DNA from: Rickettsiales bacterium
GTDB lineage: Bacteria > Pseudomonadota > Alphaproteobacteria > Rickettsiales > UBA998
Reading direction: 5' to 3'
DNA length: 64,000 nucleotides
Assembly (NCBI GenBank): GCA_041749475.1
Contig: JBGTBD010000019.1
Span: 12,064-76,063 of the forward strand
Shown piece by piece: positions 61,125 through 64,000 of this stretch (its first letter is position 1; each line of letters opens with the position of its first letter). Made by a program: the position numbers and the translations under genes. The notes under the pieces are model-generated. The model made no database searches. It saw nothing but the letters and a program-made list of their open reading frames with translations, and was not told where the DNA came from.

Positions 61125-61747
61125 GCTCCACCCTTCATAGTCGCGTAAATCCGCTCCTGCAACTCCGATATACCCATGTTCCAGGTAACGCTGGTGGCGA
61201 GGATACCCGGCATTGCTGCCGCATGTTTGGCCGCGACCAGCACCGTATCGGCGATTTTCTGCTCCAGCTCGTCCTTCTTGATCTCATCGCACTTGGTGAG
61301 GACCAGCTGGTAGCTGACGGCCGCCTCGTCGAACATCTTCATATACTCAAGATCATCTGGGCTGACATTGCGCCGCGCATCGAGCAGGAGGTACACACGC
61401 TGCAGATTGACTCTGCCACAGAGATATTTCTTCACCACCGTATTCCAGCTACGGATATCCGCTTTGGACGCCTTGGCGTAGCCATATCCCGGCAAGTCCA
61501 CCAGCATCAGTGTATCATCTAGCAGGAAGAAATTAATCTGCCGTGTCCGACCGGGGGTGGAGGAGGTGCGGGCGAGGGATTTGCGTCCCGTCAGCGCATT
61601 CAGCAAGGTGGATTTCCCCACGTTCGACCGACCGATGATAGCGATCTCCGGCTGTGCGGGAGCAGGCAACGCTTCAAGATTCGGCGCACCCGCTACGAAA
61701 ACGCATGGCTTGCAGAAGAACAGTTCCGCTTCGCTGCGCTTCACCAT
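61121..61747 (-). CDS. engB: Ribosome biogenesis GTP-binding protein YihA/EngB
   Basis: G1 motif [15 protein letters not shown]3 DLPGYGYA and G4 TKCD. Confidence 0.9.
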   Translation of the reverse strand: MVKRSEAELFFCKPCVFVAGAPNLEALPAPAQPEIAIIGRSNVGKSTLLNALTGRKSLARTSSTPGRTRQINFFLLDDTLMLVDLPGYGYAKASKADIRSWNTVVKKYLCGRVNLQRVYLLLDARRNVSPDDLEYMKMFDEAAVSYQLVLTKCDEIKKDELEQKIADTVLVAAKHAAAMPGILATSVTWNMGISELQERIYATMKGGA

Positions 61748-61752
61748 GACGG

Positions 61753-63498
61753 TTACGCCACTGCCGCGTCGACGTTTTTCTTGCGTGTCTTGCCGCTACG
61801 ATCCAGCTTCTTGGTGATGAACCATTGCTGCAGGATGGAGAAGAAGTTGTTGAACGTCCAGTAAACGACAAGCCCGGCGGGGAAGTTGGCGAAGAGGACG
61901 AGGAACACCACCGGCATCCACTGCATCATCATCGCTTGCGCAGGGTCGGTTGGTTTCGGGCTGAGGCGCATCTGGATGATGGTCGTCGCCGTCATGATCA
62001 GCGGCCATGCGCCGATATGCAGCATAGAGGGCGGATCCCAGTTGACGAGACCGAACAGGGTGAAGACATTGGTGGGGTCTTTTTCCGAAAGATCGTGGAT
62101 CCAGCCGAAGAACGGTGCATGGCGCATCTCCAGCGTCACGAACAGCACCTTATACAGCGCGAAGAAGATGGGCAGTTGCACCAGCATCGGCAGGCAGCCG
62201 GAAGCGGGGTTGACCTTCTCGCGCTTATAAAGCTGCATGATCTCCTGGTTCATCTTCAGCTTGTCGTCGGAATAGCGTTCCTTTAGCTCGGTCATCTTGG
62301 GCATCAGATTCTTCATCTGCGCCATCGACTTGTAGGATTTATTGGCAAGCGGGAAAAGCGCGATGCGGATACAGAGCGTCAGCAGGATGATCGCCACCCC
62401 GAAATTGCCGACCAGCCCGTGGAAGAAATGCAGCAGGTGGAACAGCGGCTTGGTGAGGAAATAGAGCGACCCGAAATCGACCGCGCGGTCAAACAGCGGG
62501 ATACCGTATTCTTCGGAATATTTATCGAGCAGGGAGACTTCTTTCGCTCCCGCGAAGAAGCGTGAATCCGTCGAGGCTTCCGCACCCGAGGCGATGGTTT
62601 GCATCGGCCCCAGCACGTCTACCTGAAAACGGTCTTGGTTTTCGTGTGTGTAATGCTGGAAATGCGCCCGGTGCGTCGTGCCTTTAGGTGGGATGATGGC
62701 GGTCAGCCAATATTTATCGGAAATCCCCGTCCAGCCGGTCTGGAATTCATACGACGCCTCTTTTTCCTCGACGAGGTTCTCGTAGGAATTCTCCTGCAGC
62801 TTGTCCCCGAATACGCCAATCGCCCCTTCATGCAGGATGAGTTGGGTGTTCTCGGGCATTTTATACGAACGATTGAGGAGTCCGAAATTAGCGACTTGAA
62901 TGGCATTAGCAGAGTTGTTGACGATTTTCTGCGTGATGTGGAACAGATATTCATCATCTACCGTGAGTGTGATCTCGAAGCGTACCGCTTCCGCGTTTTC
63001 CCACCACAGGGTAAGCGGCTTGCCGGCGCCGAGTTCATTACCCGATGTCTGCCACAACGTATTTTCGTCCGGCAGGGTCACGCTCGTATCGCTGCTCACC
63101 CACCCGAAGCTGCCGAAATAAAGCATCTGGCTTTCTTTAGGCGACAGTAGCATGACGTTCGCGCTATCCTTTTCCGACGTCTCCTTATACTGCGTCAGGG
63201 TAAGGTCATCAAACCGCGCGCCACGCAGGGCGATGGAGCCAGAAACGCGTGCGGTCTTGATAGGGATACGCGGTGCGGCTTCCAGCGCTTCGTTACGCGG
63301 CAGGAACTTCTCGGCGGCAATAACGGGCGACATACCCTTGATCGGGGCGGTGCCCTCTTTCTGTTGTTGCAACAGCACCTGCTGCTCCTGCGCCTGTTTC
63401 GCGCGCGGCATCTCGTAGAAATAATACCATCCCCCCATCACGATGATGGATAGGAGGAGGGCGACGAACAAATTATTCTGTGGTTCTGGGGCAGCCAT
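61753..63498 (-). CDS. yidC: Membrane protein insertase YidC
   Basis: Start at ATG 63498 ([18 protein letters not shown]...). It has a large periplasmic P1 domain and the conserved C-terminal 60-kDa IMP core ([16 protein letters not shown]). Confidence 0.95.
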   Translation of the reverse strand: MAAPEPQNNLFVALLLSIIVMGGWYYFYEMPRAKQAQEQQVLLQQQKEGTAPIKGMSPVIAAEKFLPRNEALEAAPRIPIKTARVSGSIALRGARFDDLTLTQYKETSEKDSANVMLLSPKESQMLYFGSFGWVSSDTSVTLPDENTLWQTSGNELGAGKPLTLWWENAEAVRFEITLTVDDEYLFHITQKIVNNSANAIQVANFGLLNRSYKMPENTQLILHEGAIGVFGDKLQENSYENLVEEKEASYEFQTGWTGISDKYWLTAIIPPKGTTHRAHFQHYTHENQDRFQVDVLGPMQTIASGAEASTDSRFFAGAKEVSLLDKYSEEYGIPLFDRAVDFGSLYFLTKPLFHLLHFFHGLVGNFGVAIILLTLCIRIALFPLANKSYKSMAQMKNLMPKMTELKERYSDDKLKMNQEIMQLYKREKVNPASGCLPMLVQLPIFFALYKVLFVTLEMRHAPFFGWIHDLSEKDPTNVFTLFGLVNWDPPSMLHIGAWPLIMTATTIIQMRLSPKPTDPAQAMMMQWMPVVFLVLFANFPAGLVVYWTFNNFFSILQQWFITKKLDRSGKTRKKNVDAAVA

Positions 63499-63724
63499 GT
63501 GTGTGCTTTCTTTTTTCGGGCACGGGATCAAATCCCGAGCCGCCTAAGGGGTGGCAACGTAATATCCTTTTGATGGCGTGTAAACCGCCTTTTGCGAGGC
63601 CGTGGGTGGTGATGGCCTCATGTGCGTATTCCGAGCAGGTAGGTAGGAACCGACAGCAGGACGGCTTCATGGGCGAAAGCGCCTTCTGGTAGAATCGCAC
63701 GAGTCCGAGGATGAGCCGTTTCAT
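63473..63724 (-). CDS. yidD: Membrane protein insertion efficiency factor YidD
   Basis: 83 aa with YQKALSP....[11 protein letters not shown] and RCHP...GG.DPVP. Confidence 0.9.
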   Translation of the reverse strand: MKRLILGLVRFYQKALSPMKPSCCRFLPTCSEYAHEAITTHGLAKGGLHAIKRILRCHPLGGSGFDPVPEKRKHTHGCPRTTE

Positions 63725-64000
63725 ACCCGTGGTTCCTGCGGTTGCCGTAATTTACGTAGCGCATAGGTCATATCCTTGACCAATACCTCATAAGGGCATT
63801 CGGCGGCAGGCGCTCGCCCGATCAGTACGTAATCATGCCCCGCCTCCGCATGCTGTTGATAATGCTGGCGAAATGCTTCACGCAGACGACGCTTAATACG
63901 GTTACGGATAACCGCATTACCCTGCTTTTTAGTGACGGTAATGCCGATACCCGTAGAGCCTTCCATCCCGTGCGGACACGGCAATTGCTGAATGACGACC
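63721..64000 (-). CDS. rnpA: Ribonuclease P protein component (5' end beyond window)
   Basis: [26 protein letters not shown] is the RNR motif of RnpA. The frame stays open to the window edge, upstream of the TTG listed at 63984. It has an ATGA-type overlap with yidD. Confidence 0.8.
   Translation of the reverse strand, partial: VVIQQLPCPHGMEGSTGIGITVTKKQGNAVIRNRIKRRLREAFRQHYQQHAEAGHDYVLIGRAPAAECPYEVLVKDMTYALRKLRQPQEPRV

Overview
This 64 kb window looks like a core chromosomal segment of a roughly 55-60% G+C alphaproteobacterium-like genome. That assignment rests on gene content and synteny (hisB-DUF2628-hisH-hisA-hisF-hisE, hisD-UPF0262-infA-maf, hslVU beside his genes, ctpA-yibQ-rppH); I cannot name the species from sequence alone. 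Coding density is high, and many genes are joined by ATGA or TAATG overlaps. Left to right the window holds: the distal half of a Tad/Flp pilus locus (cpaD' cpaE cpaF tadB tadC), uvrB, hslVU, a histidine supra-operon carrying extra genes, murA-hisG-hisD, dcd, a hybrid histidine kinase, a cupredoxin/FTR1 iron permease pair, nhaA, tRNA-Arg, a complete biotin cluster (bioDCHF / bioBA), an SLC13 transporter, a TetR-controlled RND efflux pump, an ECF sigma/anti-sigma-vWA pair with OsmC, pirin and an alpha/beta hydrolase, tRNA-Ser, rplU-rpmA-obg-proB-proA-nadD-rsfS-rlmH, gpmI, envC-like, ctpA, rppH, argB, engB and yidC-yidD-rnpA'. I saw no CRISPR array, transposase, integrase or prophage. The points most worth a second look are: (1) a strongly AT-rich DUF2971-like gene inserted between murA and hisG and translationally coupled on both sides; (2) a hybrid kinase whose only sensor module aligns without gaps to the plant ETR1 ethylene/copper-binding domain, including D25, Y32, C65 and H69 equivalents; (3) an unannotated 79-aa Cys-rich lipoprotein with three C-x-x-W-G-N-C repeats; (4) exported or unknown-function genes wedged into the his and proA-nadD operons; (5) a family of GTCATTCC-hairpin-GGAATCCA REP-like inverted pairs; (6) an AT-rich GIY-YIG patch abutting tRNA-Ser. 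All functional calls come from motif recognition by eye and need database confirmation.
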